Positions 11,421 to 24,226 of a stretch of DNA of 64,000 nucleotides are shown one piece after another. The DNA comes from Dicyema japonicum (lineage: Eukaryota > Animalia > Dicyemida), in assembly GCA_011109175.1 (NCBI GenBank), contig RDEW01000018.1:820510-884509 (forward strand), read 5' to 3'. The stretch's first letter is position 1. The number at the start of each line of letters is the position of its first letter. The notes beneath the pieces were generated by a model that saw only the letters and a list, made by a program, of their open reading frames with translations, ran no database searches and was not told the DNA's origin. A program made the position numbers and the translations under genes.

Positions 11421-14400
11421 TTAAATATTTAAAATAATTATTATGTTAAAAAATGGATGATCTATAATTCATCAGCTGACCATCGTAATTTAGGATCAAT
11501 AGCAAAACTAAGACGCAAAAAGTCAATTCCTTCGGGACTAATGACTTGTGGTATTGTAGGAGTATTTCCGAGACCTATTTTGAACATGATTTGGCAACTA
11601 TTGGTTAGTTCATGCCATGGTCTCTAATAGTAAAATAAAAGTAATTAACCATTCCAGTGGCCATTTCAACAACAACACAGGCAGCACTCCATATATCTGA
11701 TGATCTACCATATCCTATTGTGTTACCTACTATTATTTCAGGAGCCATATAACCTAGTATTATTATTTGACTTACAAATTGTTCCTACTAGTGATGTCAC
11801 TTCTCCATACATTGTGGTCATGTTTATTAACTTTGTTGAACTCCCAAAATCACCCAATTTGATGCGATTTCCAGATGCTAGAAATATATTAGCACCTAAA
11901 TTGGTGTATTATAGAACCTTTAATGTCTCTGTGAATTATAGAATGGTTGTGAAGAAAACTGAGTGCGGAAATAATCTGTCTTGTGTAGTTTCGTATTGCA
12001 GGTTCATGTAATCCAGATTGTGAAATGTGTGACAATGTGCCGTGAGTACAGTATTCCATAAAAATATATAAGTAATCCTATACAATTAGTATAATATTTA
12101 CATGATGAGTTTCTATTCCATAATATTGAACCAGATTTTCATGGTAAAGTCCCTCAATTATTTTTATTTCATCAGCAAGTAATTCTATTTGTTGAGTAGT
12201 GCTTATTGTAATCTGAGATTATAATAATAATTACTTCTTTCATTGCCATAATTTCCCCAGTTTTTATATTTTTGGCAGTATAAACCTTACCAAAGTTACC
12301 CTGTCCTTAAATAATAATAACAAATACCAAGTAACATTCCTCTAGTCCATTTAAACTTTGTTTTTTTAAGTTTAATATTTTCGTTTATTTTAACACTCCC
12401 AATGGTTCCACTTCTAAACTAATTATAGTTTAACCTTAAAAGTTTATCATCAATATAATAGTCTATTAAACGACAACAACCAACAATTCTCTCACATCTC
12501 GGTAGTTTATCCAAATTCAATTCCTCCCCGCAGACACTATAATAATTTATTATAATAAACAGTATCTTCCAATAGGTCTATTTATTACACTATGTGACGT
12601 TGGAATTCCAATTATATAATTCCAACAATTTGTTATCATTCTCTTTATATCCTTTAATACAAATTAACATAATTACTAAATATGATTTATCATCAAAATA
12701 GAAATGAAATGTAAGTCAGTAAAATAAACTCAAATCCATTCTTTGACCATCTTTTGCTAAATATAATAATTACATTGGTTGCTTGCCCTTTCCTCTTTCA
12801 TAATATTTATATACAACATCAATCCACACACGCGATAGTTCATCCATTCCTTCATAAATATTCAATCGCTCTAACCCTGACACGTGCTTTAGTATTTCTT
12901 TATAATACTAACAATTTTAATTAAAATAAACCTCAAATCCAAAATTGAAGGATTGTCTTAGTGTTTCCTTAAATATATCTTGTGAGGTATAATATTTGTC
13001 TATAAATGTTATTGTAGTTTTTATGAAATTATTTATTTTACAACTCAAATCAATAGCAGATAACTATTATTACAAAATAATACTACTTTTAGTTCAATAT
13101 ATTTGTCTTTATTGGCGATAATGGTAGATTGATGATCCACCAGTTAGCACAATTCCCAATTATATCAACAAAGTGATTCCTTTGCATAGACAAATTGGAT
13201 GAACAACTCACAATCAAAAGGAGGGATTTTATCAAAATAATATTTATGATTACCTCAAGAGATTCTATATTCTTAATAACAAATTCAGAAATGCAAATTT
13301 TGATGGTGGGTCCTTTCCATTTTTGAGGGATATTATCATCCTGAACAACGAGGATGTAGTTACTCTGAAATGTAAATTAATTACAAACCAAATATATTGG
13401 TGAATCATCACAAACTTGTATTTGTAAGGCCAAAGTCTTAATAAGTTTGTCAAATAAATGCTTATTAAATACAACATTGAGTGGTGCAAATATGTGTAGA
13501 TTGGAGTTATTAGAATAATCAACCTAAAGTAAATTTACATATACCATGACATGTTGTAGTTCTATTAATCTATCAAAAAACTCATCAATTCCGACCACAA
13601 TATCAAAATCAGCAGCAATCTCAATAGTCTATAATGAATAACCAAAATAACAGTTCGAATAGCTGATAATAATGATAGTCCTTTAAAAGATCTATCTTTT
13701 GCTTGGAGCATATTATTACGAATTTGTCGACATGTATTTATCATTTGTAACCTAAGAGACTCATTTACTGGATTGAATATTGACTCATTTACATATTGTG
13801 ATATTAATGACAAATGTTTACTTCCTAATTTACTATTTGTAAATTATCAAACAAACGAGAATATTAAAATAGACTCTGATGCATTCTTGCTCCCAAATTT
13901 ATAATAAACTTGTTTAATGAAATCCCATTCTGACTTGTAAGTTTGTGTATTTTGAACATTTTCAAACCATTCATACAAATATTGAAGATAAATCTAGTAA
14001 TATACAAAAAATACAGAGAAAAAACATTCAAATATGTTATCATATGACTCTAACTTATATTTTATATCCTCACTACAGGTTGAATAAATTATTGAAATAA
14101 AATTGCATCTCCATTCCAACGATAAAAGTAAAGTTTCCTTCCAATCTTTGATAATCTTTATTATAATATATATTACATGGCTTAGAGACAACATTGACAC
14201 ACTTAATGGTGGACGATTCTCGTATTTTACTTTTAACACTCCGAAAGCAATATCCAGTGGAATTTGTGAGAGAAATGAAATGTTTGAACGTAAACAAGGC
14301 AAATTCATATTAATGAAATCATCCTTTAGAAGACACTTTTCTGAATATTTACAATTTTGACACACAAATTCATGTTCATTTTCTAATAGTGCCCAATCAA

Positions 14401-15567
14401 ACTCATTCTCAAAGTAAAATCCAAAATCCTAAGTACATTATAAATCAATAATAAAATTATTAAAAATCCATACTTTTCTTATTTCTTTATTTCTGTAAAT
14501 TCCACATGCCTTTAGTAACGTGGGGTGTGTTAGTCGTTTCAATGTATTATTAAGATTTGACAAATTATCACTTCTCAACATTTTCTCAATAAATGGTTTG
14601 TAAATTAAACTCCAATCAAATTCATTATCATTTATTGATTCAGGAGATAACGATGGAGGGTTTGAAACCAAACTTGGCAATCTATTCCTTACAGGTGTCA
14701 CACTAAGGGATATCTTCCTTTTGAGCATATTAGAGTATTCTGATAACCTATCACGACTTTTACATGAATCTTCCTCATTTCTGTAATTTATAATATTATT
14801 AGGCAAAAAATAATGAAAACATGTTCTAATAGCATCAATGAAGGATTTACAAATGTTATACCAGGTTTGCAAATTACACAAACGAATTATAAATAAATTG
14901 TCTTTTTTAAGTTCATTTGAAACCAAAAACATACTAAAACTCGGATATAACCCAATCAAGTAATATCCATCATTCAATACACTTTCAATCATATTCATAT
15001 TACTCAATATATGCTCCTCTACGAATATTTGCTGATCGGGCATAAAATTTTTAGAAATAATAAATATAATTTCATCCAATTTTAGTCGAACAGAATTATC
15101 AAAAACACAACTTGTCGACAAAGTAATATCATGGGGTGTTGTCACAATAGCAGAATCTGTTCTATCAACAAATTTATATTTTTTGCACGTAAAATTTGAA
15201 TTTATGCAAAATTCATTAATACTCTAATAATATGTACAAACCAAACTTTAATAAAATCAGGGATTAAAGACCGCCTATTAGCGATATATATTTCTTGTTC
15301 TGTTACTGAACGTTCATTCAAATATGCCAATATTTCAATCCATAAGCTAATTATAGTATTTTCACACAAATTCACTTTTTGTGATTGATTGGATGGTGAT
15401 GCACTTATCTATAATATCAATTAGTAACGACAGATGAATTATTAACAAGCTCCCTTAAATTTTCATGGAAACTTATTCTCTCCGGTGGACATTCAATTGA
15501 TGATGACTTTCTCAAAGCCTCCCTTGAATTTTTGTAAATATATCTGATAAACAAATGAATTCCTCAT
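11421..15567 (-). CDS. MAP3K4: MAP kinase kinase kinase 4 (MEKK4/MTK1), many tiny introns; start approximate
   Basis: N-terminal [12 protein letters not shown] and [13 protein letters not shown]...IPD; middle [10 protein letters not shown]; kinase [13 protein letters not shown]...IKLGDFG; C-terminal [11 protein letters not shown]...SPEGIDFL...[11 protein letters not shown]. Confidence 0.93.
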
Positions 15568-15680
15568 TAATGTATTATTAATAAATCAATATTTTATTAT
15601 TATTTAAATTATATATTGTATATATCAACATTTTATTAAATTTATTTATTTCATTTATCCTCGCTACCTTTAAATGAATG

Positions 15681-15744
15681 AATTTTCGATCTGAGTCACC
15701 TCCTTGTGGCGAAACTTGGGATTTCTCAGGAAATCCTTCTGGCT
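15681..15744 (+). ncRNA. HDV-like ribozyme candidate (canonical type I)
   Basis: P1 AAUUUUC/GAAACUU, P2 AGUC/GGCU, P3 ACC/GGC, L3 UCCUUGU, J1/4 GG, P4 GAUUUC/GAAAUC, C at 15736. Confidence 0.65.
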
Positions 15745-15910
15745 GCTATCGAGATACGCTCCTACAAGTCACTATTTCCGGGTATATCTAAAGACCTTAA
15801 TATCCTAAACTGAATATTAATGATATCTCCCGTAAACGGGACGAACTCAAGGTGTTTCTGACTGCCCACAACATAGACATTGCTCATCTTTTTTTTCAGG
15901 AAACTCTTCT
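15681..15910 (+). mobile_element. 5' stub of an APE-type LINE (fold, decayed 2A, start of endonuclease)
   Basis: LLQVTISGYI-stop (decayed SGDIE) then LNINDISRKRDELKVFLTAHNIDIA...QET, matching the APE start at 51700-51600. Confidence 0.65.
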
Positions 15911-17199
15911 ATTTATGAGTAGAGTTGAACTGACAGTGATCTGTTGTTAAAATTAAGGACAACTAGAGTGTAGAAGGTGTGATAAAATTGTGTTTAGCAA
16001 AAGAAAATATTATTAAAATATTCCTGAATAAAGGCAAAAACAATAGCTTCACCATGATAGTGAAACAATTACAATATCAGCATAAGAAATAATCAATCTG
16101 AGAACGTTTGTTGCTAGTCATGTAACTATTATTAACTTAATTATTTGGTAATTACGTGATAATGGTGAGAGGTTGGGTCTATTCGCTACAAATATACTTT
16201 TCTCCTCTATTAGTTGATCCACATTCGTGTTCTCTCTGGAGTTTTGTGGGTTGTTGAAACCATCTCTGATGACTTGATAAGATTTGAAGAGTGAGTTGTA
16301 TTAGATCCCAATTCATTCAGCCCGCTATTTTATAGAAACTCATCAGACGTGATCCCTCTACTAATTTCCTTGGAGATAATTTCCTAGCTTCCGCTCAGGG
16401 CATAACGTCTGATATCTATGCTACTATTGGAGAATATTAAAAAACTGGGACGACCAATGTAAAGATTGTCGGTTATTTCCAAAATTTTGTGATAATCCGT
16501 AGTTAAGAGAGTATTCTATCAGATTAGTTAAAACCATTCACACTAATATGCAAAGATTGTTAGAACCTTTATTATTCGAGTTTATAGAGTTAGTGAAATG
16601 TTCTGTCATTGACGACTGTGGGATAGTAATAAGTTCAACTGTTTTTGAACACTAGGTTTTCTACAATGGATATTTTCTGGGGGTAGAAATGTGCCTGATC
16701 TCCTCATAGTTCACATGTTACTGTTATCTTGGAAGGATTGTACATTTTTGTTGTTAGAGAAACCAGCGTCATGTATATTAGGACATTGATCGCTTGGAGA
16801 TGGTAATCAGCTTAAAGGAGAAAATTAAGTTAGATGTTATTACCAGAACTCTGAACATATATCTCAATTTACAAAGTGCCAGATTGTACGAAAATATTGT
16901 ACAAAATCTTAATGCTGGATAAAGACAAGGAGGTAAAGTTTAATGGACTATTGGAGGATGTATTTGGTAGGCACAAGCAGACATTATCCCTTGGGTTCCT
17001 TCCTTGGATTAATTAGTTGTGACTTTTTTTGATGGGTTTACAAAAGATTGTGAGCCTGGGGTTAAAAAAAGACCATTAACAATTTCAAATATGATTTTAG
17101 TGATGACATATCTTTCAATTGGCAAAATGTTTACAAACATTGCAAAGATGACTGAATATTAATTAGTTTTCACTATAAATAACTTTCTCATAGCGAAAA

Positions 17200-17310
17200 G
17201 AAAAACGATAGGAGAGAAAGGAGTTGGCTCATTGAGCGAATTTCCTTGCAAATCGTCAGGGAAATACGTTTTCAATTATGAAAGCAGCCAGCAGTTGTTA
17301 ACTGTTAGTT
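17200..17310 (+). mobile_element. 3' stub of a CRE-clade element
   Basis: RSWLIERISLQIVR / GNTFSIMKAASSC-stop. Confidence 0.55.
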
Positions 17311-17955
17311 TTTGCGTTTAAATAAAATTGGTTTTTGAAAAAGAAAATAATTTAATAATATCAAATCAATTGTATCAGAATTGAATATTTCCCTTTTCAC
17401 TAATATAAATAATAATATTTTGAATATTAAAAATGCTTCTCCTCAACGGATTATCAGTTTTATTATGTTGTTCAAAGAGTAATTCACCCAAAACATATAA
17501 TTTCCTGTAACTTAAGAATGACATTTGTGTTTAAATTCAATAATTTACACCTTTACATAAAATGATGACCTCAAATAACTGACCAGAATTAACAAGATCG
17601 TCGATATTTCAAGTTTGTAAATTAGTACTTAAGTCCCCAATAGTTTCCTTGTATGCAAATATCAATGACTGTCTTAATTTTGTAATTATTAGTGTGCTTC
17701 GATGTACTCAAAATACATTTTTGACTAAATAAAAATATGAGAAATTTTATGAGTAATGTAATGTCTTTTGAGAACCTCATAATCTTGCATAAAGCAGTCA
17801 AAAGTCAAATGATAATTTAATACTTCTTTCCATTTGTTAAAGTCACCTTATATCATTATTTTTGCTATTATTTTTAGAATTGATTACAGGTTAAGGTTGT
17901 CGGTTTTCGTTGTTGTGGTCGTTAATATATACATTCTCTCTCCTATTATTTATTC

Positions 17956-19683
17956 ATGTCTGTTTTTTATGATGTACTACACGAAGACACCTCATGCAAA
18001 GGGTGCAGAGTATCCAATTCTCGCAAGTGCGGGATTCGATGTTCTGTATGTGTTGGTTACTACCACATAGGTTGTGAAAAACTATCCAAGAAAATTGCTC
18101 GATCACTTCCCTCGTGGTCGTGCCGACTGGAACTCACTAAAATTGAACCTCATGATCATTTTGTGTCATCATCATCTGTATCAGATCTTCTGGAAGCCAT
18201 GTCTCCGGAGGATTTTCTGGTTTTATTATCAAACACGCGACAAAGGAAGATTATCCCTGTCAGGATCCCCAAGGCTTCCAGAATCTCAATTGCTTCAGCC
18301 CTTTCTTCTTGCATTGAGATAGCTGTGTCCAATGGCTCGAAAAAGGATTGGATGGTTCTTTTCTCTTTTCCTGTCCTGGCTATGGGGTTAGAGCGTAAGC
18401 CTGCCCCATCTTCTCGGAAACCCTCTCTATCCCATGTCCTGAAGAAGCGCGTGAGTGCCTTTATGGATTCATGGGAGTCCCTGGCTGAAGAATTATTTGT
18501 TTCCCCAGTTGATTACTTCCCAAAGTCCAATTCCAAACAATCCAGTATGGCTCCTGAGAGGCTTCGCTCTCGTGTCAGGAGGAAATTGATGGAGGGCGAT
18601 CTTACTGCTGCAGTTCGAACTGTTTGTACGGATTCTGACCCGGTGAAAGTCACTCAGGAGACACTCTGTATATTGGGACAGAAACATCCTCCAGAACCAG
18701 AAGATTTTTGTAAACCTGTTTGTCCAGAACAATCTATGCATGATATTTCCACTTCAGCCATTTACAACGCTCTTTGTTCTTTCCGAAGAAGTAGCAGTGT
18801 AAGAGTTGACGGTCTCAAACCTGAACATCTATCAGACCTGGTGTCCCATTCTGTCGGCAGGCCTGGATCGCTACTCTTGGAGCGAACCCGGGATCTCGTA
18901 GCTCGCATGCTTTCCGGAAACGTTTCCGATTTTGGTCGGAATCTCCTCTTTTCAGCGAATCTAACGGGCCTTGGAAAGAAAGATGGTGGTATTCGCCCCA
19001 TTGCAATTGGAAACGTATTTCGACGTTTATCCGCAAAAATGGCTTGTCGTTTTGTTATCTCCCGAATTTCAGCCGAATTTTGTCCTTCGCAGCTTGGTGT
19101 CGGAATCAATGGCGGCTGTGAAGCTGGGATCCACGCAGTGAGAGAATTTGCGTCACAATCAGCTGAATTGAATGTTGAGGACAGAGTTTTATTCAAATTG
19201 GACCTCCGGAATGCCTTCAATTCAGTCAGAAGGGACACCGTTCTTGATACCTGTAGGAGGAGGATTCCTCAGATTTATCCCTTTGTATATCTCGCGTATT
19301 CGGATCCATCCCCTCTTGTTTTTGGCAGTGGAATTATTTCATCCGGATCCGGAGTTCAACAGGGGGACCCACTCGGTCCTCTTCTATTTTCTTTGTCTAT
19401 CGACCATATTGCCCAAGACTGTTGCACTCCACTAAACGTCTGGTATCTGGACGATTGTATTCTTGGTGGAAGTCCCGATGATATTCTCTCCAAAGTGGAA
19501 TCGATCAGACGTTTGTGTGGAAAAATCTGTCTGGAATTTAACAATGAAAAGTGCGAAGCAACTAATCTGAATTTGAGTTCCGATTCATTCTACCTTTTTC
19601 ATAGAAAACTCTGCGAAATCATCCCAGTGGTTAGGGAGACTCATATTGATTCTCTCGACTTCCTTGGTGTGGGATTTTGGTAA
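17956..19683 (+). CDS. CRE element ORF, N-terminal 575 aa (PHD finger plus reverse transcriptase)
   Basis: Uninterrupted ORF carrying the RT motifs listed for the element. Confidence 0.9.
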   Translation: MSVFYDVLHEDTSCKGCRVSNSRKCGIRCSVCVGYYHIGCEKLSKKIARSLPSWSCRLELTKIEPHDHFVSSSSVSDLLEAMSPEDFLVLLSNTRQRKIIPVRIPKASRISIASALSSCIEIAVSNGSKKDWMVLFSFPVLAMGLERKPAPSSRKPSLSHVLKKRVSAFMDSWESLAEELFVSPVDYFPKSNSKQSSMAPERLRSRVRRKLMEGDLTAAVRTVCTDSDPVKVTQETLCILGQKHPPEPEDFCKPVCPEQSMHDISTSAIYNALCSFRRSSSVRVDGLKPEHLSDLVSHSVGRPGSLLLERTRDLVARMLSGNVSDFGRNLLFSANLTGLGKKDGGIRPIAIGNVFRRLSAKMACRFVISRISAEFCPSQLGVGINGGCEAGIHAVREFASQSAELNVEDRVLFKLDLRNAFNSVRRDTVLDTCRRRIPQIYPFVYLAYSDPSPLVFGSGIISSGSGVQQGDPLGPLLFSLSIDHIAQDCCTPLNVWYLDDCILGGSPDDILSKVESIRRLCGKICLEFNNEKCEATNLNLSSDSFYLFHRKLCEIIPVVRETHIDSLDFLGVGFW

Positions 19684-20875
19684 ACCGGGTGAGGGAGTTA
19701 TTGGAAGGCAAGAGGACTAATTTACGTCAGTATGCCGACAGGATGAGTTTTTTGGACCGTCATGTCGCCTTTTTTATGCTGAAGAATTGTCTCCTTCTCC
19801 AAAACTCCTTTTTATTTTACGGGGATCCCCATGCTACGCCGAAAAAGACCTTCTATCGTTAATTATATGGATATCCGGTCAACGATGGGGTCCATTCTTA
19901 ATGTTTGTTTTGATGATTTCGGATGGTTACAGGCCTCACTCCCTGTAGCCTACGGTGGTTTGGGTCTTTCTCTTCCTTCGGACGTTACTTTGGGCGCCTA
20001 TTTATCTTCGTTCGGCTCGTCAAGGCGTTTAGTGGATACGGTCCTTCACTCTACTTCCGGACTAAACGTACCGTGAGACTAACGTACCGGGAGCCTGGGA
20101 TGAATGGATGAATTTGTACCTGAATGCTCCGGCCAATTGTGATAAGCAAAAGTCCTATTTGTTTTGTGTCTTCGAAAAGAAAAAGAGTCCCTTGAAAAGA
20201 CGGAAGATGTAAGAAGGCTTGCCTGCCTCAAAACAGCCAGTTGTCACTCGACGGGGGCCTGGATGAACGCTTATCCATCTGCCGAAATTGGAAACCTGTT
20301 AGATGATGAGGCTGTGAGAATAGCTACCTCGCTTCGTCTTAGTCTTAAATTGTGTGCCGAAAGAAAATGCCGCTGTGGACGTTGGATCGATCTTTTTGCT
20401 TGTCATGCAAGTGAGTGCGGGTCGTTTCCCCAGGCACTCCTGTCTTAACATGACATTAAAGAATTCCCTTGCCTCTGCTGGACACCATTGCCTGTTAGAA
20501 CCTGCTGGTCTTTCCCGAAACGATGGAAAACGCCCCTTTTCCATTGTGTTTGATACTTATTCCCCGTCTAATTTGGTTACTTCTGCTTCAGACCCAGGAC
20601 ATGCTTCAAAACAGGCCGAGGAACGTAAGAGGAGGAAGTACCAGAGAATTTCGGAGGAGTATCTTTGTGTTCCATTCGCGGTGGAAACGTCAGGAATCCT
20701 TGGCCCCCAAGCAGATGAGTTGGTTCGTAAGATCGGCTCCATGATTCAAGCTGTGACCAAGGATCCGCGAGAGACTGGTTGGTTCCGAGAACGTATCTCG
20801 TTGGCTATTGTTAGGGGAAATAGCATGGCCATTCAGATGCCTTAATTTAATATTTATTCATTTGATAATAAAATT
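17956..20875 (+). mobile_element. Near full-length CRE-clade non-LTR retrotransposon (PHD finger, RT, CCHC, REL endonuclease), frameshifted after 19683
   Basis: CKGC...CSVC....HIGC...WSC (PHD); KKDGGIRPIAIG, QLGVG..GGCE, LDLRNAFNSVRR, GVQQGDPLGPLLF, WYLDD; CRCG...H, DGKRP, AVETSG, ERISLAIVRGN. The 3' end is defined by the homologous copy at 40605-40775. Confidence 0.92.
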
Positions 20876-20999
20876 ATTTGTGAAAAAAAAATTATTTACT
20901 TGAAAATAATTACCAATTTTTCTATTTACTGACAAGTAAATATTTTGTGCCTTTTATAATTAAAAGTCATAACGTTGGTTAATTTAATATGATTATCCT

Positions 21000-21190
21000 A
21001 AATTAAAATCCAGCCGTCTCAAGATAGCGCTTCACGATCTCGTTAATGGGGCCACACTTCCGTAACCGGCCAATGCTGGGTGGACAGGAGAGTGGGTGAA
21101 GCATTTTGCGGTCAACAACAGACCCGCACTGGCAAGGATAAGGCTGCCAGGTCAACTCAGAGATGGACGGAAAGATCGATTCGAAGAGCA
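21000..21190 (-). mobile_element. CRE zinc-knuckle fragment
   Basis: QPYPCQCGSVVD...HPLSC...GRL...INEIVKRYLETAGF. Confidence 0.7.
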
Positions 21191-21499
21191 TCAAGATTTA
21201 AAAAAAATCCAATAGATAAGGAAGAGAATCTATTCAGCCTGCAACCTCTGTAAGGGGAAAAGGCTGACAGGATGCATGTCCCACGGTGTAAGTTGTTTGT
21301 TTCCAAAAAAAGATTGAGAGATTTTGTTCTTCGATTTAAGGTAATGCCCACAAATTTGAGGGGTAAGAAGCATCATATAACTTTATATTTACAATATTTT
21401 TAATATATTTAACAATGAGTAACTTTCTTGATATGGCATAACTTTGATTACTTTAATTTATTAACTCCGAATCACGAGCACGAGCATTACTTTGATTAT

Positions 21500-22330
21500 T
21501 ATTATTATTAAAAACCAAAAATCACCGACAAATTAAATAACTACATGGCCGTCAGGTGATTCCGGCCGCCTCAAGTAGCCATCTCATTCTTGCTCGGTGT
21601 TCTTCCCGGGTTCCAACGCATTACCGGATTGGGCGGGGGTTTCTAACTTTTTTGGAAGGTAGTAGGGCTCCGGTTTTCCTCACTAATTCCTCAAAAGGTG
21701 TAGGGTTTAGAGGTGTCCAAGAAAACCTTTGCAAAGCCTTACTGGTCATTTTTGTAAGGTATTAATTTTTTCTATATTCGTGTTTGATAGGTTGGTTCCC
21801 CATGCAGCAAACCCGTAAGTTAGAGACGGTTGAAAATACTGCACGTAGAGTGAGTCCAAATTTGAGTTGAAACACCATTATATTGTCCAAGGAGTGTTTT
21901 AACAAAATTTAGCTTTTGTAGTGCCGAAGAGATGACGTTGTCGATGTGTTTGCTGAAGGTCAAGAGTGGGTCGTAAGTTACGCCCAGTATCTTGACCGAG
22001 TTGGTCGTGGAGATTGAGTTTCCATTTATGGTTACACATGGAGCAGAGTTTGTCAATCTTCTGTTTGTTGTGAAAATTATTGTATAAGACTTTTCGTGAC
22101 TTGTATGTAGAATGTTCTTAACGAGCCAACAGTTCAGATCGTCCAATGAAGCTTGTATCCGGTAAACAGCAGTGTTAACGCACTGGTCTTTGACTGTGAC
22201 GATTATATCATCCGCATATGTCAGAACCAGAGTATCGTCACTGGTAAGGGAGGACACATCATTTAAGAATAGGTTGAATAGGTGTGTGAAAGTGGAGATC
22301 TTTGAGGGACCCCATTTGGAAGGAACTTGG
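21500..22330 (-). mobile_element. 3' portion of an Ingi/Vingi-like LINE (RT C-terminal half)
   Basis: TYADDII, ILGVTYDPLLTFSKHI; ends AGIT-stop at 21552-21566, then (TAA)n. Confidence 0.75.
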
Positions 22331-22479
22331 TCACTGATCTAGTTTTTCCAGCAGTTACTCTTCCTTTTCTTCCATTTAGGAAATTTGATAATATAATAAT
22401 AGTATATTATATATTTTGGGATATTTCTTCATTTAAATTATTTATTTTTTTATTTTTATATTAAAGACAATTATTTAAC

Positions 22480-22640
22480 AAAAAAACAAATGTTAGTTGA
22501 GGAAGCCGGCTGCGTGAATCGCGAACGAGTTCCCTCGGAGTATGGCCATTCCAATCTTTTTTCTCAGCCAGAACCCTTCTCGTTAATCCTTTTCATTCTG
22601 GCAAGCATTCCTCCAGTTCGCGCAAGAACTCAGCGTCATT
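22480..22640 (-). mobile_element. 3' stub of CRE family 2
   Basis: Near-identical to 53815-53960 (EKIGMAILRGNSFAIHAAGFLN-stop). Confidence 0.8.
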
Positions 22641-22693
22641 AGACCAATTATTTTTTATTATGTAAATAAAATTCTTTAAATCCTAATTACATC

Positions 22694-22990
22694 GCCGGGT
22701 GGCACAGTGGTTATGTGTCGGGCAAAGTGGCTTAGGTCACGGGTCCGATTCTCGCTGCTGTTCACCTGGTGGAAGGTTCCAAGCATCTACGATTCTAAAA
22801 GGGCTTGACGAGTGACGCCGTCATCACTGAGTAGCTGGATAGTCTAAAGGGACATCCAAGAAAAAGAAAACAAAAAAGTGAAGAGCATTCCTTGGTTCTC
22901 CCTCTACGATTAGTTATAATAACTTCTTTACTTAAATAAAGTGTGTTCTGCAGGAACGAAACCCTAGGTATTTTACGTGCTTATGGAAAC
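22694..22990 (+). mobile_element. tRNA-derived SINE, copy B (different 3' tail)
   Basis: GCCGGGTGGCACAGTGG head, GGGTCCGATTC B-box, shared core. Confidence 0.8.
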
Positions 22991-23049
22991 TTGGAAGTGC
23001 TTACTTTTTTCCTAATTACATTTGGAATATATATTATTACTTTCTTTAA

Positions 23050-23350
23050 TTTAAAAACCAAGAATCACCGACAAAAACAAAGGAAGATAGGTGATCCAGG
23101 CTTTTTTGAGCAGCCGCCTCATCTTTCCTCGGTATTCCTCCTGAGTGCCTACGCACTTCCTGTATGCACGAATCACTTTTTGGAAGTTTAGGGTTTTGGC
23201 TGAGCTCCCGTTCTCCTCACGAGTTCCTCGAACGGAGTTGGTTTTAATGACGAGGAGGATCTCTGTAGGGTTTTCGCTACTGTCTCTTGGAAGGAGTTTA
23301 ATTTCTTTTGTTGGTGTGGGATATGTTAGTACTCCATGCCATGCAGCAGT
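23050..23350 (-). mobile_element. 3' end of an Ingi/Vingi-like LINE
   Basis: Shares the terminus and the 3' UTR TTGTCGGTGATTyTTGGTTTTTAA with the copy ending near 21500. Confidence 0.6.
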
Positions 23351-23695
23351 AACTGATTGACGGAAGTATAAATTTGTTGACCTTCTACCTGAACAAATCC
23401 TCTGGTAGAGGTTACATTATGAAAACTATTGCGCCGAATATTGAAGTTATGTCCGCGATGGTAGAAATGGAAGAGATCGGACCTACTTCTCCATCTCTCT
23501 TCGGAAGCCTGTAGTGTACTATTGGAGGATGGATTTGGTCGGCACAAGCAAATGTTCTCCCTTGGGTTCCTTCCTTGGAGTGATCGTTATGACTGATTGT
23601 GCTGGCCTTATCGTAAGCGTGGGGTTAATAATAAACTATAGAATACAACTTAGCTAACACTAAAGATTTACAAGAATGAAAATGTCCCCAATCAA

Positions 23696-24226
23696 TTATG
23701 ACTTATTTAATCTTTTGTTAGCCAATTCATGACATGTCATTTTCTAATAATAATAAATACTACCTTTGTCAGTTTATCCATTTCATCCTTTTGTCTATTT
23801 ACTGCAATATAATATAAGACATACACAACTCCTTAAAATATAAATGAGGGGGATATGTGTGGGGGAGTATACTCTCTATAATAATTATAATATTAACCTG
23901 AGGGAAGTTTGATCCATATTCATCAATCTTCAAAAACTGAATAATTTTCTCATAAATACTGTAATAAGTGCTAATATTACCATGGATTTCTAAAGTCCTT
24001 CCTAGACATTGCTTCATTTAAATCATAACCATTCTCTGCATAATTATCAAATTTATTCTATATTATAATTTTTATTACTTTTAATTCTGATGAAATGTTA
24101 TTTAATTTATTATTTGACTCACATTCCATATCATTGCACTCCTCTTTATGCTGTATCTAATAATAAATAATAATAAACATCATCCATTTCATCCTCGGAA
24201 TTATATGATATTATTAATTTATCCAT
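23696..24226 (-). CDS. SAP30BP: SAP30-binding protein (HCNGP family), about 5 tiny introns
   Basis: RKDFRNPCIYEKIIQFLKIDEYGSNFP...PH...YFKEL...QKDEMDKL matches the HCNGP core. Confidence 0.88.

Noticed and set aside
1698-15567. Stop-codon reassignment to explain the short ORFs in host genes
   Set aside because: In-frame stops fall inside GT-AG micro-introns; the standard code gives full proteins after splicing.
17800-20900. Spliced-leader, U2 snRNA or rDNA target sequences flanking the REL-type elements
   Set aside because: No recognisable snRNA, rRNA or SL sequence in the flanks.
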